From a bacterium (lineage in GTDB: Bacteria > RBG-13-61-14 > DATKZS01), in the NCBI GenBank assembly GCA_963674965.2, contig CAXXFL010000001.1:288001-352000 (forward strand): DNA of 64,000 nt, in the 5' to 3' direction. How positions within the stretch are numbered: position 1 is the first letter of the stretch; every line of letters starts with the position of its first letter. The notes under the pieces were generated by a model. The model did no database searches, had not been told where the DNA came from, and worked only from the letters and a program-made list of their open reading frames with translations. Positions 18,439 to 27,902 of this stretch are shown here, one piece after another. Made by a program: the position numbers and the translations under genes.

Positions 18439-18927
18439 ATGAGTGAATATTACGTGGAAAAGTCACTGGATATCGACGCACCCGTCGAGCGGGTCTGGGA
18501 CCTTTTGATCGATGTCGACTCCTGGAGCGAGTGGAAGCCCTTTATTAAAAAGGCGGCCGTGGCCGGCGGGTATAAATACCTCTCGAACGGATCGAAGCTC
18601 AAGATGAGCCTTATCGCCGCGGGCCAGGCCCCGGTACCCCTCAGGGTTACGGTGTCCGAGTTCCAAAAACCCAACTCCCTGGCCTGGGAGGGAGGCGTGA
18701 AGGGCCTCGTGCACGCGGTCCACGGCTTCGAGCTCAAGGAAGTGGCGGGCAAGACCAGGATAACCTCGCGTGAGCGTTTCCAGGGCGCGCTGGTTGGCTT
18801 CGTTCTGCGCATAGTAACGCCCGAGGACATGGAGGCCATGCATGAAAAATGGGTCCAGGCCTTCAAAGACAAGCTGGAGGGCAAGTCCGAGGAGCCCGAG
18901 GAAGACGCTCACGGCCACTCCCACTAG
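18439..18927 (+). CDS. SRPBCC/START-like lipid-binding protein
   Basis: IDAPVERVWDLLID-W-EW-P motif, AGGAG RBS before ATG 18439, His-rich tail. Confidence 0.8.
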   Translation: MSEYYVEKSLDIDAPVERVWDLLIDVDSWSEWKPFIKKAAVAGGYKYLSNGSKLKMSLIAAGQAPVPLRVTVSEFQKPNSLAWEGGVKGLVHAVHGFELKEVAGKTRITSRERFQGALVGFVLRIVTPEDMEAMHEKWVQAFKDKLEGKSEEPEEDAHGHSH

Positions 18928-18981
18928 CCCGTACGATGGAATACCGCGAGGCCCGGGACCTTCCCGCGGGAGTAAAAGCCC

Positions 18982-19536
18982 ATGAAAGACGGCCCTAAAA
19001 GCAAAATCTTTCTGGCCTTGACCGCGCTTTTATCGGCCCTTTTAGGGTGCTCGATCACGGTGGTGGTATTCCTCGTATGGCCCGACGCCCGTGTCTCGGA
19101 CGCGGCCAATCCGACGGAGGCCAAACTGGACCCGGAATTCCGGGCCGCCATCGACGACCTGAAGGTCAGTCTTACCCTGACCCGGCAGGAGATAAACGGG
19201 CTGCGGCTCGAGAACGCCGAGACGAGGGAGGCGGTGAGACTTCTGGCCGCCGATACTTTGGGGGAGGGCGTGGAGACCGCGCTTCCACCTTCATACGTGG
19301 CCCAGGTGGACACTTTCTTCAAGTCCGACGCGGCCAAGACGCTTCTGGACGCCAAGTTTCACAACGCTCGAAATATTACCTTCGGCCGCCCCCGCTTCGT
19401 GGGGCCTTACCTGATTACCGTTCCTTACTTCGTGGGGGGCGAGCCCTATTTCATGCTGGTGGAGATTACGGTCATGGACCTTTACGACCTGAAGTTCGAC
19501 GTGGTATGGGACGGGATGGTCGAGGACCTGAAGTAG
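18982..19536 (+). CDS. Hypothetical single-pass membrane protein with coiled coil
   Basis: N-terminal hydrophobic helix and a heptad-like segment. Confidence 0.6.
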   Translation: MKDGPKSKIFLALTALLSALLGCSITVVVFLVWPDARVSDAANPTEAKLDPEFRAAIDDLKVSLTLTRQEINGLRLENAETREAVRLLAADTLGEGVETALPPSYVAQVDTFFKSDAAKTLLDAKFHNARNITFGRPRFVGPYLITVPYFVGGEPYFMLVEITVMDLYDLKFDVVWDGMVEDLK

Positions 19537-19546
19537 CCTTATTGAA

Positions 19547-20356
19547 TCAATCGAAAACCAGGCGGCCAAGCGCCCGGCCGGGGTCGTCCGACTTCATCAG
19601 GGCGGTGCCGATTAAAAAGGCGTCCACCCCCTTCTCGCTCAGCCGCCTCAAGGTGGCGGCGTCGGAAAGACCGCTCTCGCTGACCACCGTTACTCCTTCT
19701 TTGAAATGAGGCAAAAGCGACACGGTCCTCTCGACCGACACGGAGAAGTCGCCAAGGTCCCGGTTGTTCACCCCGATAAGCTGGGGAGATGGATCGAGCG
19801 ACTGCACCCTTTCCAGGTCCTTTTCATCATGGACCTCGAAAAGAACCGCCAGAAGAAGGTCCCGGGCCCGGGCGTAAAGGTCCCTCATCAGGGAGTCCGA
19901 CAATATCCTGGCGATGAGAAGCACGGCGTCGGCGCCGGCCCAGGCCGCCTCCTCCACCTGGCTCGGGTCGATGATGAAATCCTTGCGCAAAATGGGAAGA
20001 TCGACCGTCTTCCTCACCCGCATCAGGAACCGGAGGGAGCCTTGAAAAAATTCCTCGTCCGTAATGACGGAAATGCACCTTGCCCCGCCTCCCGAGTAGG
20101 CCAGGGCGATGGCCTCGGGATCGAAGGGGTCCCGGATCACGCCGGCCGAGGGCGAGGCCTTCTTGATCTCGGCGATGACCGCTCTTCCCTTTTTTTCCCC
20201 GTCACGAAGGGCGGCGATAAAGTCGCGCCGCGGGTTTTCCGAGTGCCTTACCGTGGGCGGCTTGGGGCGGGGCAGGGACTTTTTCCTCTCCACCTCCTTG
20301 ACCTTGCTCGACACGATGCGGTCGAGAATGGTATCGGTCCGGATCAGTCCGCCCAT
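19547..20356 (-). CDS. trpC: Indole-3-glycerol phosphate synthase
   Basis: IAEIKKASPSAG, LRKDFIID, GVNNRDL and VSESG motifs. Confidence 0.95.
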   Translation of the reverse strand: MGGLIRTDTILDRIVSSKVKEVERKKSLPRPKPPTVRHSENPRRDFIAALRDGEKKGRAVIAEIKKASPSAGVIRDPFDPEAIALAYSGGGARCISVITDEEFFQGSLRFLMRVRKTVDLPILRKDFIIDPSQVEEAAWAGADAVLLIARILSDSLMRDLYARARDLLLAVLFEVHDEKDLERVQSLDPSPQLIGVNNRDLGDFSVSVERTVSLLPHFKEGVTVVSESGLSDAATLRRLSEKGVDAFLIGTALMKSDDPGRALGRLVFD

Positions 20357-20363
20357 TATCGCC

Positions 20364-21371
20364 TCACGAGCCAGAGACCCTGGCCAGGCTCTCGAGTTTC
20401 TTCATGGCCTCGCCCGAGGCCGCGGCGCGCCGAGCCAACTCGATCCCCTCCCCTATGGTCGAGGCCTTGCCGCCCACGTAAACGGCGGCGCCCGCGTTTA
20501 TAAGGACCGCGTCCAGGCGAGGACCGGAAACGTTACTTAGCGCTTCCCGGGCGATGCGGGCGTTTTCCTTGGGGTCTCCTCCCAGGAGGTCCTCCTTTTT
20601 GCAGCGGGAAAGGCAAAAGTCCTCGGGCGATATCTCGTAGGTTTTTACCTGGCCGTCCTTAAGCTCGCTGACGCGGGTGGGACCGGTCAAGGTTATCTCG
20701 TCAAGCCCGTCCGACCCGTGGACGACCATGGCCGCCTCGCTTCCCAGGTTCATGAGGACGTTCGCCAGGACCTCGGTAAGGTCGCCGTCAAAAACTCCCA
20801 TGAGTTGTCTTTTGGCCCCCGCGGGGTTCGTAAGAGGACCGAGCAGGTTGAATATGGTCCGGACGCCCATTTCCCGGCGGGGACCGATGGCGTAGCGCAT
20901 GGCGCCGTGGAGGGTGGGGGCGAAAAGGAAACCGATCCCCACCTCCCGGAGGCATTTCTCGACCGTGGCCACGTCGGCCTCGATGTTCACGCCCAGCTCC
21001 GCCAGGACGTCGGCGCTGCCCGAGGCGCTCGAGGCCGCCCTGTTTCCATGCTTGGCCACCACCAGGCCCGTCGCCGCGGCCACGAAGGCGGCGGTGGTCG
21101 AAATATTGAAGGTACACGAGTGATCTCCGCCCGTGCCGCAGGTGTCTATGCAGGGGCCCTCGAACCTTATGCGCGTGGCTTTCTCCCGCATGACCTCGGC
21201 GGCCCCGGTGATCTCGCCGACCGTTTCGCCCTTGCTCCGAAGGCCCATGAGGAAGGCGCCGATCTGAGCGGGCGTGGCCTCGCCGCCCATGATCTCGTTC
21301 ATGGTATCGACCATGGAACTCCTGTCCAGGTCCTTACCCTCAGCTAAAAGCGCCAGTGCTTCCTTGATCAT
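20364..21371 (-). CDS. trpD: Anthranilate phosphoribosyltransferase
   Basis: DTCGTGGD, FNIST, KHGNR and RTIFNLLGPLTNP motifs. Confidence 0.96.
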   Translation of the reverse strand: MIKEALALLAEGKDLDRSSMVDTMNEIMGGEATPAQIGAFLMGLRSKGETVGEITGAAEVMREKATRIRFEGPCIDTCGTGGDHSCTFNISTTAAFVAAATGLVVAKHGNRAASSASGSADVLAELGVNIEADVATVEKCLREVGIGFLFAPTLHGAMRYAIGPRREMGVRTIFNLLGPLTNPAGAKRQLMGVFDGDLTEVLANVLMNLGSEAAMVVHGSDGLDEITLTGPTRVSELKDGQVKTYEISPEDFCLSRCKKEDLLGGDPKENARIAREALSNVSGPRLDAVLINAGAAVYVGGKASTIGEGIELARRAAASGEAMKKLESLARVSGS

Positions 21372-21470
21372 TTCAAGATTCTCCCCGTGTTGAGGTACCG
21401 ATAAGGAAAAAATGTTATCACTTCATTTTTTCGTTGGCAAACAAAAACCGTCCGGGCGGCAAGAGGGGCC

Positions 21471-21968
21471 TTACCCGCATTCTCCTCCCCCGCCCGTTAA
21501 TATCTCGAGTCCATGATCGAGAGACGGCGCGATCGCCTCGAGCGACTCGCGAACGCCCTTTTCGCTTCCCGGCAGGTTGATAATGAGCGTCTTTCCCCTG
21601 ATGCCCGAGGTTGCCCTCGAGAGCATGGCGCGAGGAGTTTTTTTAAGTCCCGCCAGCCGCATGGCCTCGCTAAGGCCGGGGGTCGGTCTCTGGATGACGG
21701 CGGCGGTGGCCTCGGGCGTCACGTCGCGCGGCGAGAAGCCCGTCCCACCCGTGGTCACGATGAGGTCCAGTCCCGCCAGGTCGGACCAGGCGATCAGCTT
21801 GTCCTTTATGCCCTCGAGGTCGTCGGGAATAATCTCGCGCCGCTCGATGACCAGTCCCGCTTCCTCCAATATCTCGACGACGGCGTCTCCGCTTTTATCC
21901 GCTCTCTCGCCCTTGGCTCCCTTGTCGCTCAGGGTAAGGACGCCGGCCTTGTAGACGCGTTCACTCAT
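21471..21968 (-). CDS. mog: Molybdopterin adenylyltransferase (MogA/MoaB family)
   Basis: LTLSDK, D-SG, TTGGTGFSPRDVTPEAT and INLPGS motifs. Confidence 0.88.
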   Translation of the reverse strand: MSERVYKAGVLTLSDKGAKGERADKSGDAVVEILEEAGLVIERREIIPDDLEGIKDKLIAWSDLAGLDLIVTTGGTGFSPRDVTPEATAAVIQRPTPGLSEAMRLAGLKKTPRAMLSRATSGIRGKTLIINLPGSEKGVRESLEAIAPSLDHGLEILTGGGGECG

Positions 21969-21985
21969 GACGATTCCTCCTCCGC

Positions 21986-22960
21986 TCAGCCGCCTATCTG
22001 GTACATGGATCGGTTAAGCGGCCTGAAGCAGGCGGCCTCCTGGTCCGGCTTCATCCTGACCGCCTTCCGGAAAAGCTCCCTTAATCGGTCGTCGCTTTGG
22101 CCGCTCCGCATGGGTCCCTTAACGTCGATCTCGAGGTCCGAGGCCAGGCACGGCCTCAGCTTGCCGTCGGGGGTAAGCCGCATACGGGCGCACCACTTGC
22201 AAAAGGGCTCCGACATGGCGGAGATGAAGCCCAGGCGGCCTCCCCCCTTTTCGACCTCATAGACCGAGGCCGGCTTGCCCGTTTCCTTCCCGTCAATAAG
22301 CGACAGCGGACCGACGTTTTTCTCGATGATCTTTCTAAGCTCGGCCGAGGGGATGTACTCGGAGGAAGAAAGTCCGCAACCCGGCTCGGAGGAGCGGACG
22401 GATATGGGCATGCGCTCGATAAACCTGACCTCGACTCCTCCGTTTCGGGCGAACTCGACGAAGTCAATCACCTCGTCGTCGTTCTGGCCCGGGACCATCA
22501 CCACGTTGACCTTGACCGGAAGAAGACCGGCCCCGACGGCCGTCTCGATCCCGCGCCTTACCTTATCCAGCCAGGGACGCCGCGTGATCCTTTCAAAGCG
22601 GTCCGGACGGAGAGTGTCCATGCTGACGGTCACCCGGGTCAAGCCGGCCCTTTTGAGGTCCAGCGCGAATTTATCCAGCATCACCCCGTTGGTGGTCATC
22701 GGCAGGTCCATGACGCCCTCGATTTTTGCCAGACGCTCGACGAGTTTTAGAATGCCCTGCCTGACCAGGGGCTCGCCCCCGGTGAGACGGAGCTTCCATA
22801 CTCCCTCCTTTACCGCCACCCGCGCCACGCGCTCGATCTCCTCGAAGCGAAGTATCTCCGGGTGGGGAATGCGCGAAACGCCCTCCTCCGGCATGCAGTA
22901 AACGCAGCGCAGGTTGCACCTGTCGGTCACGGAAACGCGAAGGGCGTCAACCCGTTTCAA
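21986..22960 (-). CDS. moaA: GTP 3',8-cyclase MoaA
   Basis: SVTDRCNLRCVYCMP, TGGEP, FC-C-R-RLT-DG-L-PCL and C-terminal IGG. Confidence 0.96.
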   Translation of the reverse strand: MKRVDALRVSVTDRCNLRCVYCMPEEGVSRIPHPEILRFEEIERVARVAVKEGVWKLRLTGGEPLVRQGILKLVERLAKIEGVMDLPMTTNGVMLDKFALDLKRAGLTRVTVSMDTLRPDRFERITRRPWLDKVRRGIETAVGAGLLPVKVNVVMVPGQNDDEVIDFVEFARNGGVEVRFIERMPISVRSSEPGCGLSSSEYIPSAELRKIIEKNVGPLSLIDGKETGKPASVYEVEKGGGRLGFISAMSEPFCKWCARMRLTPDGKLRPCLASDLEIDVKGPMRSGQSDDRLRELFRKAVRMKPDQEAACFRPLNRSMYQIGG

Positions 22961-23399
22961 TCGAGTCCCCCGCTTTTATCTCGCCGCCGGCGACGACCTC
23001 GGCGAACACTCCCCGGCTGGGCATGACGCAGTCGCCGATCTTGTAATATATAGCGCACTTTCCATGGCAGTCCTTCCCGATCTTGCTGATCCTTATCCGG
23101 GCCTCGCTTCCCACCTTAAGCTCGGTACCCACGGGAAGACCGGTCAGGTCGATCCCCTCGGTGGTCACGTTCTCCGCGTAGGAACCGGGGCCCAGCTCGA
23201 TCTTGCCGGAGCAGGACTCGGCCGCCTCCGAGCGGGCCCGCCTTATGTCCTCGATGGCCAAAAGGCTTACCTGGCGAATTCCCGGCGCGGCGTGGGCGTC
23301 CCCCCTGACTCCCAGGTCCGGGACCAGCTCGATCGCGTCCACCGGGGTCTTGGACGTCCCCTTGCCGCGGCTCACGTTGACGGAAAATACTTTCGCCAT
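22947..23399 (-). CDS. MOSC domain protein
   Basis: GDAHA...RQVSLL, PG-YAENVTTEGID and IGKDCH-CAIY-GDCVMP-GVF. ATG at 23399. Confidence 0.88.
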   Translation of the reverse strand: MAKVFSVNVSRGKGTSKTPVDAIELVPDLGVRGDAHAAPGIRQVSLLAIEDIRRARSEAAESCSGKIELGPGSYAENVTTEGIDLTGLPVGTELKVGSEARIRISKIGKDCHGKCAIYYKIGDCVMPSRGVFAEVVAGGEIKAGDSIETG

Positions 23400-23401
23400 G
23401 A

Positions 23402-24694
23402 TTAGGCCAGGCGCCGGAGCATGGAACTTCCCGTCCTTCTCGAGCGCTTTTTCTCCTCGATGTTTTTCTCGTAAACCTCGGTCATGGACCGGCAGGCCGC
23501 GTCCCACGAGAAAAGCTCGACCACCCTTTTCCTGCCCGCTTCTCCCATGGCGGCCGCCCGCGCCGGGTCGCCGAGTAGCTTTTTTATGGCCATGGCCAAC
23601 GCGGTCGGGTCGCGGGGAGGAACGAGGAAACCGCACTCGCCGTCCTTGCCCACCACCTCGGGCAGGGCCCCGCCGGTGGTGCTTACCACGGGAAGGCCCG
23701 TGCTCATGGCCTCGGCCGCGGGGAACCCGAAGCCCTCGTACACCGAGGACACGACCCCTATCTCCGCCTCCCGATATTTCCGGGCCACCTCGTCGGTGGG
23801 TATCTTGCCCGTGCAGGTGACGCGGCCGCCAAGGTGGAACTTCTTCATCAGTTCCTCCATCAGGAGGTGGCGGGGGGCGCCGCCGTCCACCACCGTCAGG
23901 GTCACGTCCCTGGGCAGGTAGAGCATGGCCTCCATCAAATAGCGGATGCCCTTTTTCCTGTCCTCCGTGTTGCCCACGAAGATCAGACGGCGCGGGACCT
24001 TCTTGACCAAAGGGTCGGGGCTGAAGGTGTCCGTCTCGACCCCGTTGTAAACCACCGACACGCGGGAGCGCGGGACCTGGAAAGCCTCGGCCACCCCGCG
24101 GGCGGCCGCGTCGGACACGGTAATGACGTCGTCCATGTAAGGGGCCACGCGGCGGTTCATGTCGATGGGATAGTAGACCACCCGCTTCATCCGGTCGTAA
24201 ATTTTGGGAAGTTGCTGGAAGTCGGCCCTCCTGTCCTCCGAGAGCGGGTGGTGGATGGTGCTCACCACCGGGACCCCGAAGGCCTTCATAAGCACGAGAC
24301 CGTAGGCCAGGGTCTGGTTGTCGTGGATAACGTCGAAGCCGCTCTTATTCCAGATGCTCCGCAAAAGGTTGTAGGCGCGAAGGGAAAAAGCCAGCATCTC
24401 GGGGAAATAGCCGAAGCGCGTGGCGGCGAACTCGTAGAAGTTTATGGGCTCGAGGAGCTTGATGGGCGACTCGCCCGGCGGCATGAACCGGGTAAAGAAC
24501 TTACGCGTGGCGAACAAGTTGTAGTTGGGCAGCCTGTGCTGCTCGCACCAGGGCGTGTCCCACGTGTAGGGCGGGCCCTGGATCAGGTGGACCTCATGCC
24601 CTTGCCTGGCGAGCCACTTGGACAGGTAATATACGTAAACGCCCTGCCCGCCGCAGTACATGTTGCCGCGATAACTTAAAAGGCAGACCCTCAT
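23402..24694 (-). CDS. Glycosyltransferase family 4 (GT-B)
   Basis: GGQGVYV, RKKG and YEGFGFPAAEAMSTGLPVV motifs. Confidence 0.9.
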   Translation of the reverse strand: MRVCLLSYRGNMYCGGQGVYVYYLSKWLARQGHEVHLIQGPPYTWDTPWCEQHRLPNYNLFATRKFFTRFMPPGESPIKLLEPINFYEFAATRFGYFPEMLAFSLRAYNLLRSIWNKSGFDVIHDNQTLAYGLVLMKAFGVPVVSTIHHPLSEDRRADFQQLPKIYDRMKRVVYYPIDMNRRVAPYMDDVITVSDAAARGVAEAFQVPRSRVSVVYNGVETDTFSPDPLVKKVPRRLIFVGNTEDRKKGIRYLMEAMLYLPRDVTLTVVDGGAPRHLLMEELMKKFHLGGRVTCTGKIPTDEVARKYREAEIGVVSSVYEGFGFPAAEAMSTGLPVVSTTGGALPEVVGKDGECGFLVPPRDPTALAMAIKKLLGDPARAAAMGEAGRKRVVELFSWDAACRSMTEVYEKNIEEKKRSRRTGSSMLRRLA

Positions 24695-24831
24695 TTGGCT
24701 GAAATTCCCCGCGAAAATTAATCGGCGGCCCGCAACCGCCCTTAATAAAGGGTATCACGAGCGAGGAGGCCTAACAAACCCGCTAAGGCCCCGCGGCCGG
24801 GTATTCCTTGGATACATCGCCGGTCCCGGAC

Positions 24832-24860
24832 TTGCCATGAGGGCAAGGGAAAGATAGATT
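24832..24860 (+). promoter_or_regulatory. Sigma70-type promoter for the nucleotidyltransferase gene
   Basis: TTGCCA-17 bp-TAGATT. Confidence 0.55.
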
Positions 24861-24973
24861 GTTTTTTATGTTTTTCACGCTCGGCCCGTTGGGGTAAAGC
24901 CCGCGTCTCAGATACCGAAGTATCGGGAGACCCGTAGAGAACGGACGGGAAGCGTCATTTTTCGGAGGCGAAC

Positions 24974-25687
24974 ATGAAGGGAGTCATACTGGCCGGCGGC
25001 AAGGGTACCAGGCTGTATCCGTTAACCAAGGTGACCAACAAGCACCTCTTGCCCGTTGGCCGCGAGCCCATGATCTTCAACCCGATTCGAGTCATGGTCG
25101 AGGCCGGGATCACGGACGTGTTGATCGTTACCAGCACCGAGCACATGGGCGACATCGTGAACCAGCTTGGAAGCGGCAAGGAGTTCGGCTGCGAGTTCAC
25201 CTACCGGGTCCAGGAGGAGGCCAGGGGCATAGCCCACGCCCTGGCCCTGGCCGAGAACTTCGCGGGTGGCGAAAAAATCGTGGTCATCCTGGGCGACAAC
25301 GTGACCTCGGGAAGCATCAAGGAGCACGTGGACGAATTCAGAGATATGGACAAGGGGGCCAAGGTGCTCCTGAAAAAAGTGGGAGACCCCGAGCGCTACG
25401 GCGTGGCGGCCATCGACGAGAAGCACATCATCGAGATCGAGGAAAAACCCAAAAAGCCCAAAAGCGAGTTCGCGGTCATCGGCTATTACATGTACGACTC
25501 GAAGGTCTTCGACATTATCAAGGGCCTCGAGCCGTCGGCCAGGGGAGAGTACGAAATAACCTCGGTCAACAACGCCTACGTCAAGCTGGGCGAGCTGACC
25601 TACGGCATCCTCGAGGCCGACTGGACCGACGCCGGAACCTTCGAGTCATGGCAACACGCCAACCAGATGCTCCCGGGAAAGAGTTGA
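24974..25687 (+). CDS. Sugar-1-phosphate nucleotidyltransferase (RfbA/SpsI-like, short form)
   Basis: GVILAGGKGTRLYPLT...NKHLLP, LGDN, EEKP, RGEYEIT and WTDAGT motifs. Confidence 0.9.
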   Translation: MKGVILAGGKGTRLYPLTKVTNKHLLPVGREPMIFNPIRVMVEAGITDVLIVTSTEHMGDIVNQLGSGKEFGCEFTYRVQEEARGIAHALALAENFAGGEKIVVILGDNVTSGSIKEHVDEFRDMDKGAKVLLKKVGDPERYGVAAIDEKHIIEIEEKPKKPKSEFAVIGYYMYDSKVFDIIKGLEPSARGEYEITSVNNAYVKLGELTYGILEADWTDAGTFESWQHANQMLPGKS

Positions 25688-25910
25688 GAATGAAATGGCG
25701 GCCGATAAATGCAGTAAGCTCGAGAAGAGCTTCGGCTTCATGAACGGCCGCGCGGCCATGCTCAAGTCGGACCGCGCGGCGAACGTCGCCTTGAAGCTGA
25801 TGACAAAGACTATGGATTCGACTTAATCCGATCAAGGAGTTGATTAGCCGGTTCCTTGAAGTCTTTATACGCCTCCTGGACGGCTTGAGCGTGGTCCCCG
25901 AGCGAGAAAC

Positions 25911-26912
25911 TTACTCGAGATTAACCAGCAGACGCTCGAAAAAATCTCGCTCCTTTCGCGCCAGCTCGGCCAGTTCCGAGGCGGCGCGGCCAAAACCGCG
26001 CGGCTCGTCCCGTTCGCTTATCTCCTTAAGTAAATAGGCCAGCTCGGTCCAACCCCTGGCTATCTTCCGCATGGGGGCGGAGGGGGCCGCCCGCTTGAAG
26101 GCCGGATCGAGGTCTTGTATCTCCTCGAGGAAGTCCCCGTACATGAGCCGGAAGGCCCCGCCTCCGGTGCCTCGTTTTTCGATGACCTGGTAAAGCCAGC
26201 GGGCGCACCATTGCCAGTCCCGGGCCTTTTCCCACTCGGGCATGGAGGCGGCCGCTTTTTCCATGGCCCTTAGTCCGAAGAAGTCTCCCGAGGTCCCCTC
26301 TCCATCGATGAGGTCGTTGGCCTGCTTGACCAGGGCCTTTTTCACGGGGCCCGTTAAGTCCTTTATCGGCTCTCCCTTTTCGATGGGATAGTGCTCTCCC
26401 GTGTTCTTGAGTGACCCCGATCCTCCGTACCTGGCTTTTTCCAGGTCCGCGTAGGGAACTTCCTGCAAGTCGGGCCATTGGGTATCGGCCACTATGCCGA
26501 CCTTTTTCTCGTCGTCGTACCCGCACATGACGATGACGTGTCCGGCGAAGTGGGTGTTCGAGTTGTAATACCTGAGATAGGCCAGGTCGGCGCGCAGGAG
26601 GACGGGATTCCCGAGGTCGATTTGCCTCTTGGCCGAGGCGAGGGCGCGGTCCGGGTCTTTAAAGGTTATCCAGTCGAAGTCTCTTCCGAGGTTATGAAAG
26701 AACCTGGGCTCGAGGGACCGGCTCCTGGTGGCGGTCATCCTGGTGGGAGAGAGTCCGTCCGACTCGAAATAGGCGAAGCCGAGGCCGGAGCCCAGTCCGA
26801 AGCACAAGGGCTCGGACAAGGCGTGGCCATGGTAGTTCATTGCGTCGGAAATGGCGGTCGAGGCGCAGTGGTTTCCCGGCCGGTGTTTCCAGCCGGGGAG
26901 GGTCGTTTTCAT
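25911..26912 (-). CDS. BtrH N-terminal/DUF4872 protein (papain-like fold)
   Basis: HCAST, SEPLCFGLGSGLGF, HFAGHVIV-GYD and IEKRGTGGGAFRLMY motifs. Confidence 0.8.
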   Translation of the reverse strand: MKTTLPGWKHRPGNHCASTAISDAMNYHGHALSEPLCFGLGSGLGFAYFESDGLSPTRMTATRSRSLEPRFFHNLGRDFDWITFKDPDRALASAKRQIDLGNPVLLRADLAYLRYYNSNTHFAGHVIVMCGYDDEKKVGIVADTQWPDLQEVPYADLEKARYGGSGSLKNTGEHYPIEKGEPIKDLTGPVKKALVKQANDLIDGEGTSGDFFGLRAMEKAAASMPEWEKARDWQWCARWLYQVIEKRGTGGGAFRLMYGDFLEEIQDLDPAFKRAAPSAPMRKIARGWTELAYLLKEISERDEPRGFGRAASELAELARKERDFFERLLVNLE

Positions 26913-26936
26913 TTCCCGTTTGGCCGCAAGCGGAGT

Positions 26937-27737
26937 TTACTGGCTCAGCTTGCCTTGAATGATCTGGAGTTCCTTCTCCGCCCGCTCGACCTGGCTTTTC
27001 AGCTCGCAATAGTCCTTGTACTTTTTCTCCACGTCGACGAGCGAGGCTTTTTGCTGTTCCACCGAGTGCTTCAAGCTTTCGACCTGGCCGCCGAAGGGGA
27101 ACAGGCCGGAGGCGTCTCGGCTGGGGACCTCGGGCAGGGTCACGTCCACCACGCAGTCGTTCACGTCGTTCCACGCCTCGAGGTCGAAGCGGTAGAAGAT
27201 GACCGTGACTTTGCCGTTCCCGCCCACCCTGAGCGGCTCGCTCTTGATAACGTGGGGAGCGTCGATGGCCTGGAGGTCTTTTAAAAACCTTCCGGCCCCG
27301 GCCTTGGGAACGGATATTACCACCTCGAGGGGAAGGCCGATAAGATACAAGGGAAATTCATCGTCCTTGACCTCGGGAAGTGGATTGACCTGAAGGATCG
27401 ACACCCTTCCCTCGGTGGCCGAGTCGCGAATCTTGGCCTCGAGGCCGGCGGCGTCAAGCTCGGCGGGAAGGGCCAGACCGGACGCGTTTATCTGGGCTTC
27501 CAGGTCCTTCTTCTTTTTCTCCAGATCGTTCATCTTCTTAACGTCGGGCGACACCCAGCGATCCTGGAATTCCTTGATCGTCTGAAGGTCTCCCGCCAAG
27601 CTCGCCTTCAAGGTGTCGGCCTTGCTCTTTTGGTGAAGAAGATAAACCGCGGCGACCACGACGATAATAATCAGGATTACCGAGGCCACCCCTTTTTTCC
27701 AATCCACGTCCTCTAATACTTCATCCCAGTCTATCAT
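26937..27737 (-). CDS. Single-pass membrane protein with coiled coils (PilO/GspM-like architecture)
   Basis: TM helix, coiled coil, small alpha/beta domain, C-terminal coiled coil. Confidence 0.5.
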   Translation of the reverse strand: MIDWDEVLEDVDWKKGVASVILIIIVVVAAVYLLHQKSKADTLKASLAGDLQTIKEFQDRWVSPDVKKMNDLEKKKKDLEAQINASGLALPAELDAAGLEAKIRDSATEGRVSILQVNPLPEVKDDEFPLYLIGLPLEVVISVPKAGAGRFLKDLQAIDAPHVIKSEPLRVGGNGKVTVIFYRFDLEAWNDVNDCVVDVTLPEVPSRDASGLFPFGGQVESLKHSVEQQKASLVDVEKKYKDYCELKSQVERAEKELQIIQGKLSQ

Positions 27738-27902
27738 TTGATTCCCCTTTCCTCCTCAAGTTCAGCTTGGCCGCTTCCCCCTCAGTGTCCATTCCGTGAC
27801 GGCGATAGAGAAGGGTTATTCCACGTTTCCCGTCGAGGGGCTAATTTACTTTAGCATTTTTTTTTCGCGCGCTCAAGTCATAAAGTTATTTTTTCTTGAG
27901 AG

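Noticed and set aside
24695-24830. Moco/Wco riboswitch upstream of the GT4-MOSC-moaA-mog operon
   Set aside because: Only a short GCCTCC resemblance on the minus strand. The conserved multistem core is not recognisable.
25695-25826. 43-aa small ORF after the nucleotidyltransferase (MAADKCSKLEK...)
   Set aside because: Weak RBS and no recognisable motif. Cannot be distinguished from chance or a gene remnant.
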